Positions 8,449 through 16,590 of a stretch of 64,000 nucleotides of DNA are shown one piece after another. The position numbers and the translations under genes are program-made. This DNA is from an uncultured Planctomycetaceae bacterium (GTDB lineage: Bacteria > Planctomycetota > Planctomycetia > Planctomycetales > Planctomycetaceae). The stretch's first letter is position 1; the number at the start of each line of letters is the position of its first letter. The notes under the pieces were generated by a model. The model was not told where the DNA came from. It did not search any database and saw only the letters and a program-made list of their open reading frames with translations. Location: the NCBI GenBank assembly GCA_963976765.1, contig CAXBME010000002.1, positions 124,001 through 188,000 of the forward strand, in the 5' to 3' direction.

Positions 8449-9081
8449 ATGATCAGAACAATCGCTTGTTGCGTCGCGGCCCTCGCCATGACGGTCGGAA
8501 CGTTGTCCGCAGAAATCTACAATCCAGCGGTTCCGGGAGTTACTTCCAGCAGCTCGTGCGGCTGCAACGCTGGCGGACCAGGGCAGTCGTTCGGCGTCTG
8601 CCAGTCCTGCCCGTCAGGTATCTGCCAGAGTGGTCCGATTCCGGGTGGAATTTCGTTTGGTGGAAGCTGCCCGACCTGCCCATCGTCGTACTCACACATG
8701 GGTAACTGCCCGCACGGTGGCAACTGCCCGAATCCCGGTTCATGCCCGTCCTGCCAGTCGTCGCACTGTTCACTGGGCTGGTGCATGAAGACGGGGCTGT
8801 GCTGTCTCGACAACCCTTGCCAGATGCCGCCGCACTACCCGTACGCACCGGTTAACCACGGCAATTACTACTTCGCACCGTACAACTACACGAAACTTCT
8901 GCAGCAGAAGGCGTATGCTCAGATGCAGAATCAGGATCCCCGTCAGCCCTACATCGCCGGAACGTTCGCTTCGTCCTACAAGGCGGTCATCGGCGATCGC
9001 GAAGACGGTGACTTCGAAGAAAATGTCGTGCAGCCGACGAAAGGTTTGCCCGATCTGGAGGTGATCCTGGGGGTTAAGTAG
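8449..9081 (+). CDS. Secreted Cys/Gly/Pro-rich hypothetical protein
   Basis: AGGAG SD, ATG 8449 and signal peptide MIRTIACCVAALAMTVGTLSA. There are 16 Cys in the mature region (CQSC, CPTC, CPSC), followed by the Tyr-rich MPPHYPYAPVNHGNYYFAPYNY. Confidence 0.8.
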   Translation: MIRTIACCVAALAMTVGTLSAEIYNPAVPGVTSSSSCGCNAGGPGQSFGVCQSCPSGICQSGPIPGGISFGGSCPTCPSSYSHMGNCPHGGNCPNPGSCPSCQSSHCSLGWCMKTGLCCLDNPCQMPPHYPYAPVNHGNYYFAPYNYTKLLQQKAYAQMQNQDPRQPYIAGTFASSYKAVIGDREDGDFEENVVQPTKGLPDLEVILGVK

Positions 9082-9158
9082 TTCTCGAATGGAAGCGGCC
9101 AGCCCCCCACACCATTCCATCAGGTCGCCTCTTACAACACTTTCGACCAGAAGCAACG

Positions 9159-9198
9159 CAGCCCGCAGGCGTCAATCAGACACCTGCGGGCTGTTTTT
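9159..9198 (+). terminator. Intrinsic terminator
   Basis: Stem cagcccgcagg / cctgcgggctg followed by TTTTT. Confidence 0.8.
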
Positions 9199-9671
9199 AT
9201 GGACAACCGGCATCACAGTGTCATCGAGACTTGCGGCCTGAACCGGTGCCGATTTCTCGAAACTACCGTTCGAGCAGCTGCAGCCGCTCTCGTGAAAATC
9301 CACTCTCCGTGAGTCTGACCATTTTCATGGTTCCTGCGCAGGAACTGGCGATCGAAAAGACCTTTGTTTCCTGGGTGACCTTCCTCACGAGCACTGAAAA
9401 CCAATTCCGAAAGCGCTCCAACCGGAGAGCCGGCTTGAGAGAATTTTCGTTTTCTTTGGAAAATTTCCGGAATGCGCGTCCGCAGTGTGTACAAAATTTC
9501 GAATTGATAGATAGCGGGACTGGTGCTCGCGTTGCTCGACGCTGGAGTCGCAGTCTGGATTGATGCTGTGATCTCGGGATCTCAGTCCGGATTGACGAGA
9601 CGTCCTGACGACGCATCGGTTGTTTTGTCTATCTTCTTTATGAGTATGCATTTACCGAAAGGCGGGCTGTT

Positions 9672-12600
9672 ATGGTGATGTCGAGCTGGCTGGCGGGGTG
9701 GGTGGGACGCGTTGGTCGGAACTCGGGTGGTGGGCGCTGGATCGGTGTTCTAGAGGGAGCCGGCAATCGAGGCAGTGGTCGCAACAGTCGGTCGAGGCGG
9801 CGGCGGAATTCGGGGTGGTCGGTGGCGGCGGCGGAGGTTTCGTCGGTCGTCGAGGTTTGTGAAGCTCGCGTCCTGCTGTCAGCCGTGACGCCGGTGATTT
9901 CTCAGTCGCAGGCTCAGACGGACGTCACCAACGCTCAGGCTGGTTACAACAGCGCGGTCGCGACTTACCAGACGTCATCTCAGGGCGCGGTTGATGGGTA
10001 CAGCCTGGCGATGCAGGGGCACTACTCCACCTTTTCGAGCAACGTCACCACGCTTGGCGGAAGCTATGACACCGCAGTGCAGGGAATTCTGGCGACGCAT
10101 TCCGGGAATGTTCAGAGTTTGCAGACCAGCTTTGATCTCACTGTCGCGGGTCTGGTTTCCGGCCTGGAAGGCAACTATGCCTCGTCCGAAGCCACGTACA
10201 GCACGGCGACGACCGGTCATTACAACACGTACAGTTCCGCGATGTCGTCGATCGAGTCCGGGCTGAACTCGCAGATCGCCACGGCTGACGGAATTCTGAA
10301 CTCGGCGACGACGGCGGCGTACAGCCAGTTCTCCGGAACCGAGAGCACGGCATCCGGTCAGTACGACACGGACATCGCGACTGCCGACGGCAATTACAAC
10401 ACGGCGGTGGCCGGTCACGATGCGTGGTTGCAGAGTCAGGAAGCCGCAGCGTTTGCCACGTACGACGGTCTTGCTGGCGACAATCCGACCGGAGCGATGG
10501 GGGTTTACAACTCGATCGAAAGCACCGAATCGGCGACTCGCGACGGCGTGCTGACTTCTTATCCGAACTCGACGTACGACCCGATGAGTGTCAGCTCGAT
10601 CGATTTCAATGCGTTGTGGAATACGGCTCTCAGCGGCGTGCAGACTTCGCTGACCACGGCGGAAACGAATTACCAGGCCGCGATCAGCGCCGCAGAATCT
10701 GCCTACCAGACGGGTCTGAGCAACGCTTCGTCGACGTACAGCTCGATGATGGCGACCGCTGATTCCGATCGTGACTCCGACTACGCCACCGCCGACGGAA
10801 CCTACAACACCAACACGTCGTCGGACTGGAACGACTACAACACCGCCGTCTACGGGGCAGGCGGCATTGAAGAAACGTGGCAGAACTCGATCAATACGGC
10901 AGACTCGACATACAGCAACAGTGTCAGCATCGCGATGGCCGCGTACGACTCGACCATGCAGAGTGCGCAGGCGACTCTGGACGGCGACATCGCCGCCGCT
11001 TATCAGAAGTTCGATGACTGGCAGAGTGGAAACCTTGTCGTTGCCGGCGCACCTCTGGGCCAGTCGATCACGATGTCGTTCGAGCGGACTCAGACAATCG
11101 ACACCTCAACCTCACCGGTAACCGTCTATTGGACTACTTCCAGCAGTCTGCTATGGGGTCTGGCTGAGGGGACGTCGACACTGTCCAGGTTCGAGGAAAA
11201 ACCACCGGTCCCGGATGGCTACACATTTACCAATTCATCCATTTCTGTTTCCGGCTCGGTGACAACCATCACTGAGACATACGCCCCGCCGGTGGGTGGG
11301 CTTGGCACCGGGCTGAGGCCGGGGCTTCAGCAGGCGAATGCTGCCGTCCTGACGCCGGCTCATCACAATCCGTGGGAGCTGGCGAAAGTCGCTCGCACCG
11401 AGTTCTACCTCGCAGAACTCGACGGCTACTACGACCAGTACACCGTCGCGATGAACACCGCTCAGACGATTTATAACGGAGCCGTGCAGGCCGCCAACGC
11501 CGGCTACAACACAACTCTGTACGGCGATCCGACCGGCATAACCATTGCTCCGGGAACTCCGGCCGAAACGTTCAACAGCGCGCTCACTGCCGCCTACAGC
11601 GCGTTCGACAGCGGCGAGCAATCGGCGAAGTCGAACTACGACACGAACATCAACGGCTACTACATGGCCGAGTCGCAATACTGGATGGACATGATGATGG
11701 GCATCCCGGCGACCCCGCCCAACCCGGACGATCCCGCTCAGTTTGCGAAGGACTACTACATTGACACGACCGCTCTGGACATCGACTTTGCCGTCGCGGT
11801 GGGGGCGGCGTGGACCGGTTGGGTGTCGGCTCAGGTTGGTGCGGACACGACTCGGGACAACGCGCTGATCAGCGCGGAGCATCAACTGGGACTCGACTCG
11901 GCCAACGCGGCGAACGCTCTGACGACGGCTCAGATCGCTGCGGAAAGTTCCTACGCCAAAGACATGATCGACATCAACGCTGACTACGCGATCGCCATCG
12001 CCGAGAAATTAGCCGAGGTTCAGGGCGACATCGCCGATGCGGAAAAGAACTTCGAACTGACCGAGCACGGCGCCGCTCAGACCGCGGGCAAAGCCATCAA
12101 CGCGGCGGAGAAAGTTCGAGAAGACGACTACGCCACTGCCGACGAGACTCGCGCTGAAGCGCTGTCGCTCGAAGACGAAGATCTCGCCAACGACCTGGCT
12201 GCCGAGGAAGAAACTCGCCAGAACGCCTACGCCACCGCCGATGCCGACTGGCTGTCCGACGAAGCCGCGGCGAACATTGCCTCAACGGCTCTGGCGGCGA
12301 CGGCGACCAGCGGCTTTCTGACCGGGCTGGTCGCTGCCGATGTCGGATTCGTCACCGCCGCCGCTCCGCTGATCACCACCGCGACGCAGGCGTTCAACAA
12401 TCTCGTCGATGCTGCCTACGTCGCCGCGTTCCCTGGCGACGCGGATCAGGCTGCCGTCTCGGGAGCGTGGACGACCTACTACAACGCGATGGTCACCGCC
12501 GCTCAAAACGCGTTGACTTCAGAAGCGACCGCTTACCAGTCCTACATCGGCAGCATGGCGACGGACATTCAGACGACAATGAACAACGTCGCGGGCGAAT

Positions 12601-13892
12601 CCACTCAACTGGCCACCGACTATGGCAATGCCCTTTCCGCCTACGTCAGCAGCGTCGCCGCCGCCGCGACTCTGCACACCAGCCAGGTTGCCGCTGCCGG
12701 AGTCGTCTGGGTCGACTCGGTCGCCACCGATACCAGAAACGCAATCCACTCCGCCACCGCCGCCTGGAAGCAAATGGCCGACGACGATGTCGACGCCGCG
12801 AAAACTCTGGCCGACGACTACTCGAACTTCTGGAACGGCTTCGCCCACAGCTACCTGGCCGCCGCCGTCCCTCACGAAACCGCCGTCATCAACGAAGACC
12901 GCCAGGCTTCCAAAGACGCCGACGACGAACTCACCACCCTCGCCCAGGGAATCGCCGCCGAACAGCACGACCTCAACCTCGACGACCTGGCCGAATGGCT
13001 GTCTACGGCGTTGTCCCTGTCCTCCCTCGACGACGCCCTGATCAACGCCTGGGCCACGCTGGAATCTGCCTGGAGCATCATCTCCGCCTGGGACTACCAC
13101 ACCTACACCCAATCCGCCCCCCTGTCCGACTTCGCCTACTACTGGGGAGTCAGCGCCGGACCCATGACCGGATTAAACCACAACCTCGACCTCGCCGGCG
13201 GAAACGACGACGTCGTTCAACAGGCAGCCCTCGCGGCGACATCACAAGGCAGCTCATGGAGTTCCTGGTTGCCGTGGAACTGGTCTGTTTTCTCCTGGAG
13301 AGAGACGCCTCGCCCTCTGAACGGTGCGACACGCATGGGCGAGCAGCAAGGTCTTGCGAATAATTGGAAAGTACGCCGGGATTTGATGCTCGAAACCGGC
13401 AAAGATGTCAGTGGTTTGCAGGCGGCTACCGCAACCGCTGGCGGCCTTGGCGGTGCAGCGCTTGATCACGCGGAATCGGCGGCAGTTGATCTTACGCTTC
13501 ATTTAGCTGGTGCAGGATCGCTTAAATACGGCGACGATTTGATTGACCTTGCGCGTAGCACACGACGACTCCCAAATGTGTTGGATGGAGGCGAAGCGTA
13601 CCGATCTTTTTCGGCTCTCAAACGAGCCTTGGGGGCAGCAGGAGAAAATAAACACTGGCATCACATCGTTGAGCAGTCTCAGATTGGACAGTTCGGCACC
13701 GCACTGATTAACAATACGAAGAACGTTGTCGCACTGGATGCGGGGATTCACGCAAAAATCAGTGGTTATTTCAGTTCGATACAAGACTTCTCTAATGGAT
13801 TGACTGTGCGACAGTGGTTGTCTGGAAAGTCATTCGAGGAGCAATATCAGTTTGGACTAAATGTTATACAACGATTTACTACCGGTCTTTGA
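9672..13892 (+). CDS. Large secreted polymorphic-toxin-like protein: planctomycete leader, hendecad helical stalk, C-terminal HNH-fold nuclease
   Basis: Leader RSRRRRN..VEVCEARVLLS (LEPR-XLL/Planc_extracel-like) and 11-residue aromatic periodicity. The C-terminus FSALKRALGAAG..WHHIVEQ..N..N..L...H..IS..SS...TVRQWL..SFEEQ is a His-metal nuclease pattern. The 3' end is AT-richer. Confidence 0.8.
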   Translation: MVMSSWLAGWVGRVGRNSGGGRWIGVLEGAGNRGSGRNSRSRRRRNSGWSVAAAEVSSVVEVCEARVLLSAVTPVISQSQAQTDVTNAQAGYNSAVATYQTSSQGAVDGYSLAMQGHYSTFSSNVTTLGGSYDTAVQGILATHSGNVQSLQTSFDLTVAGLVSGLEGNYASSEATYSTATTGHYNTYSSAMSSIESGLNSQIATADGILNSATTAAYSQFSGTESTASGQYDTDIATADGNYNTAVAGHDAWLQSQEAAAFATYDGLAGDNPTGAMGVYNSIESTESATRDGVLTSYPNSTYDPMSVSSIDFNALWNTALSGVQTSLTTAETNYQAAISAAESAYQTGLSNASSTYSSMMATADSDRDSDYATADGTYNTNTSSDWNDYNTAVYGAGGIEETWQNSINTADSTYSNSVSIAMAAYDSTMQSAQATLDGDIAAAYQKFDDWQSGNLVVAGAPLGQSITMSFERTQTIDTSTSPVTVYWTTSSSLLWGLAEGTSTLSRFEEKPPVPDGYTFTNSSISVSGSVTTITETYAPPVGGLGTGLRPGLQQANAAVLTPAHHNPWELAKVARTEFYLAELDGYYDQYTVAMNTAQTIYNGAVQAANAGYNTTLYGDPTGITIAPGTPAETFNSALTAAYSAFDSGEQSAKSNYDTNINGYYMAESQYWMDMMMGIPATPPNPDDPAQFAKDYYIDTTALDIDFAVAVGAAWTGWVSAQVGADTTRDNALISAEHQLGLDSANAANALTTAQIAAESSYAKDMIDINADYAIAIAEKLAEVQGDIADAEKNFELTEHGAAQTAGKAINAAEKVREDDYATADETRAEALSLEDEDLANDLAAEEETRQNAYATADADWLSDEAAANIASTALAATATSGFLTGLVAADVGFVTAAAPLITTATQAFNNLVDAAYVAAFPGDADQAAVSGAWTTYYNAMVTAAQNALTSEATAYQSYIGSMATDIQTTMNNVAGESTQLATDYGNALSAYVSSVAAAATLHTSQVAAAGVVWVDSVATDTRNAIHSATAAWKQMADDDVDAAKTLADDYSNFWNGFAHSYLAAAVPHETAVINEDRQASKDADDELTTLAQGIAAEQHDLNLDDLAEWLSTALSLSSLDDALINAWATLESAWSIISAWDYHTYTQSAPLSDFAYYWGVSAGPMTGLNHNLDLAGGNDDVVQQAALAATSQGSSWSSWLPWNWSVFSWRETPRPLNGATRMGEQQGLANNWKVRRDLMLETGKDVSGLQAATATAGGLGGAALDHAESAAVDLTLHLAGAGSLKYGDDLIDLARSTRRLPNVLDGGEAYRSFSALKRALGAAGENKHWHHIVEQSQIGQFGTALINNTKNVVALDAGIHAKISGYFSSIQDFSNGLTVRQWLSGKSFEEQYQFGLNVIQRFTTGL

Positions 13893-13911
13893 AGGATGTA
13901 ATTACAAAGCC

Positions 13912-14259
13912 ATGAATAATCAATTCGAATGCGATTTGCTGTCAAAATATGTTTCAAAAGTGATCGCCCAGAGCGTGGCACTTGAAGAAGGAGACTCTAC
14001 CAGAGCCAATAGACTGTACCGTGATGTGTCGAAGTTGTTTGAACAGATTGTCAGTGAAGGGTGCCGCCATAAGCTCTTAGAGCTATTGGACCATGAAGAG
14101 CCGGTCGTTCGTTCCAAGGCAGCCTTTCACTCGCTATCGATCGATCCATCAAAGGCAGAATCGACCTTGGAAGCTGTTTCGCAAGAGCCGGGAATCGTCG
14201 GTTTTAATGCTGGGATGACTCTGTCTGAATGGAGAAAAGGCAATCTCCAGGTTCCGTAG
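13912..14259 (+). CDS. Putative immunity protein (DUF2019-like, HEAT-type helical)
   Basis: Starts 20 nt after the toxin stop and is AT-richer. Motifs GDSTRANRLY, LLELLDHEEPVVRSKAA..L, AESTLE and AGMTLSEWRKG. Confidence 0.75.
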   Translation: MNNQFECDLLSKYVSKVIAQSVALEEGDSTRANRLYRDVSKLFEQIVSEGCRHKLLELLDHEEPVVRSKAAFHSLSIDPSKAESTLEAVSQEPGIVGFNAGMTLSEWRKGNLQVP

Positions 14260-14612
14260 GGGTGGGCTGGGTGCCAGAGGCACAAGAGGTTTTCCAACGA
14301 CGGCAGAAATCTCTCGCCCGTGGCCGAGACAATCACGGAGCGTCGACAGGTTGCGTCAGCACTGGAACTTCCGTCGTGATGGCGCTGTCGTCCAAGTCAC
14401 GCAGGTGGCGCCGGTTGATTCTGAAAATGGCGGGTGGCCGCGGTTGCCTGCAACCGGAGCGGCGGAGACGCACAGGGTTGGGTGGGATGCGTCCAGCGAT
14501 ATCTTGTCGCTGCGCGACGCTGACGCTGATTGCGAGTAATCAGGGCCACCCGTGTCACGAGTAATCGATCTTTCTGTCGACGGACGATGTTTGTCTGGAT
14601 CGACGGCCAGAA

Positions 14613-14652
14613 CGAAAACAGCCGGAGCAGTCTTGAATGACCACTCCGGCTG
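14613..14652 (-). terminator. Intrinsic terminator of the BON gene
   Basis: Stem cagccggag / ctccggctg with a TTTT run on the minus strand. Confidence 0.65.
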
Positions 14653-14711
14653 ATTGACTACTTCGGCTTCTGAAACTCGTTCAGAACCGGCTGCTGACCG
14701 TCACCTGCTCG

Positions 14712-16121
14712 TTACCAGTTCTTGGGATCGATGAACCAGAACCAGCGATCCGTCCGAGGGCGGAAGTTCAGGTTCCAGGCTCCGTCGTCCCATTCAAGTT
14801 GTACCTGACGCCATCCCAGTGGCACCTGAGGGTACGGGTAGAACGGGCCAATGTAAGGCCAGGCACTGGCACTGTACTCTTTCGGGTACGACACCTGAGC
14901 ATAGTTCGGGTAGGCCGCGTAGGTTGGCCATGAGTGGTTCGGCAGGTTTGGAAGATCGTACGCCAGGTGTGATGGATTTCCGCCGCCGTGAGCGTGAGGG
15001 CCAGCTCCTGGTCCCATTCCGCCCGGTCCCATTCCCATCGCCCCGGCAGCCATGCCGCCCATCGCTCCAGCAGCCATCATGGCCGGGTGAGGCTGACCGG
15101 GCATCTGATGGCTAACCGGCATCACATTCGGATTCGGCCCCTGAGGACCGGCTCCTGGAAATGCTCCGGGCTGACCAGGCATTCCGACGACCTGCAGACG
15201 ATTGTCGACTTCCAGAACTCCGGGAACGCTTGCGGCGACCTGGTGAGCGATCATCGCAACCTGTGGATGAGGCACAGGACCACTCAAAGTCGCCAGTCCA
15301 CCGTTGTAGCGAACTTCGATGTCCAGACCGCTGAGACGGTTGGCGGCCAGAGCCTGAGCAATCTGCTCAGCAACCCGCTGGTTCGTGCTGCCCGACGTTG
15401 TGCCTGAAACCTGCTGAATGGGCGAGCCCATACCGGGAGCCTGAAGCTGGTTGTTGACCTGTCGAACGCCCGGAACTCGCGAGATGACCTGAGTCAACCG
15501 GGCGACGTCCTGCGGCGACTGAGCTTTGCCCAGCAGTGTTGCCACTCCGCCTTTGTAGCGAAGGTCGATGTCATGACCTCGCACGCCAGACTGCTGAACC
15601 GCCTGAGCAATGCCCTGCGTAATCTGCTGGACCTGCTGTGGCGATTCGCCGGTTGCAGGCTGCGGAGTCGTCGCACGCTGTTCAGTCACCGTTGGTCGAG
15701 TCTGCGTCGGCCGTGAGAAGAATCCGGCCTGTTGAATCGGATTCGACTGGACGTCCTGAGCGACTGCCTGCTGGACAGGACGCTCAGCGCTGTCGCCGAG
15801 CACGGTCAGCCGATTGTCCACGGTGCGAATTCCCGGCACGCGGGAAATCACCTGCGTGGCCTGATCTTTCTGAGCCTGGCTGGCGATCTTGCCTTTCAAC
15901 AGGCAGACGCCGTTCTGAACTTCGAGTTCGATGTCGAAGCCCGAGAACTTTGCAGCTCGGAGGTTGGAAGCCGCCTCTTCGGCGAGCTTCTGGTTGTCTG
16001 AAGCGGCTGACTGCGGAACTGACTGGTCGGACTTCGAGAATGGAAATGGTCCAGCCAGTGCAATCCCTGGAGTCACCGCTGCGATCCCGAGTGACAGGAC
16101 CCACTTGCGATACGCCAGCAT
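14712..16121 (-). CDS. Triple BON-domain periplasmic protein with Pro/Gly/Met linker and aromatic C-terminal tail
   Basis: AAGGAG SD and signal peptide. Three repeats of DI....G.ATL.G.....VPGV..V.N.L, then the tail WPTYAAYPNYAQVSYPKEYSASAWPYIGPFYPYPQVPLGWRQVQLEWDDG. The ORF extends to 16190. Confidence 0.85.
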   Translation of the reverse strand: MLAYRKWVLSLGIAAVTPGIALAGPFPFSKSDQSVPQSAASDNQKLAEEAASNLRAAKFSGFDIELEVQNGVCLLKGKIASQAQKDQATQVISRVPGIRTVDNRLTVLGDSAERPVQQAVAQDVQSNPIQQAGFFSRPTQTRPTVTEQRATTPQPATGESPQQVQQITQGIAQAVQQSGVRGHDIDLRYKGGVATLLGKAQSPQDVARLTQVISRVPGVRQVNNQLQAPGMGSPIQQVSGTTSGSTNQRVAEQIAQALAANRLSGLDIEVRYNGGLATLSGPVPHPQVAMIAHQVAASVPGVLEVDNRLQVVGMPGQPGAFPGAGPQGPNPNVMPVSHQMPGQPHPAMMAAGAMGGMAAGAMGMGPGGMGPGAGPHAHGGGNPSHLAYDLPNLPNHSWPTYAAYPNYAQVSYPKEYSASAWPYIGPFYPYPQVPLGWRQVQLEWDDGAWNLNFRPRTDRWFWFIDPKNW

Positions 16122-16590
16122 GGATTGAATCTCCTTGTACGACCTTGATTCAGGTTTCACACAGCTTGTTTCAACCAGAGAGACAGCCACACAAGTCGCT
16201 GTCCGGAATTCTCCGGATGAAGCCGAGTCTTTGCATTTTGCAGTGCCGGAGACCTCTCAGCCGCCGACTTCCCCCGCGTTTTCAGCCGTGAAACGACCGA
16301 TAGGCAGGCGGACGAGCATTCGCACACAGAATGCTCTGCCTTTTCATCGGCCGAAGACGTCCGGTTAGATAAGCTTTTCTGGTTATCTCGGTCGAATCGG
16401 ATGATCTGATCGCAATCGTTCCGTAGATCACGGATGCTCGCAGCGTGCGGTCACCTCAGGACGATACGATGACTGGCCAGTTTCACGAGCCGGTTCGCGC
16501 CTGTCGAAAACCGCGCCGTTTGCCCGAAATATCGTCTGCAAGGTGGCCATGAGCGTTTCGCCGGCTGAGTCCGGTCATCGAGGTTTCAGA

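Noticed and set aside
1..9081. Magnetosome gene island suggested by the MamK-like actin
   Set aside because: No recognisable mamB/M (CDF), mamE/O (HtrA), mamP/T (magnetochrome CxxCH), mamQ (LemA) or feoB in the window. The neighbours are secretin and envelope genes.
8449..9081. Multiheme cytochrome or RiPP precursor interpretation of the Cys-rich protein
   Set aside because: The CxxC motifs lack the following His, and no modifying enzymes or transporter are adjacent.
9672..13892. Phage tape-measure protein or prophage
   Set aside because: It has 11-residue periodicity, but it carries a host-type export leader and a toxin tip, and no phage structural genes are nearby.
14260..14600. Orphan toxin/immunity cassettes or an IS end downstream of the immunity gene
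   Set aside because: No credible ORF. Only a 9-bp inverted repeat (cgggtggcc 14431-14439 / ggccacccg 14544-14552) is present, too weak to call.
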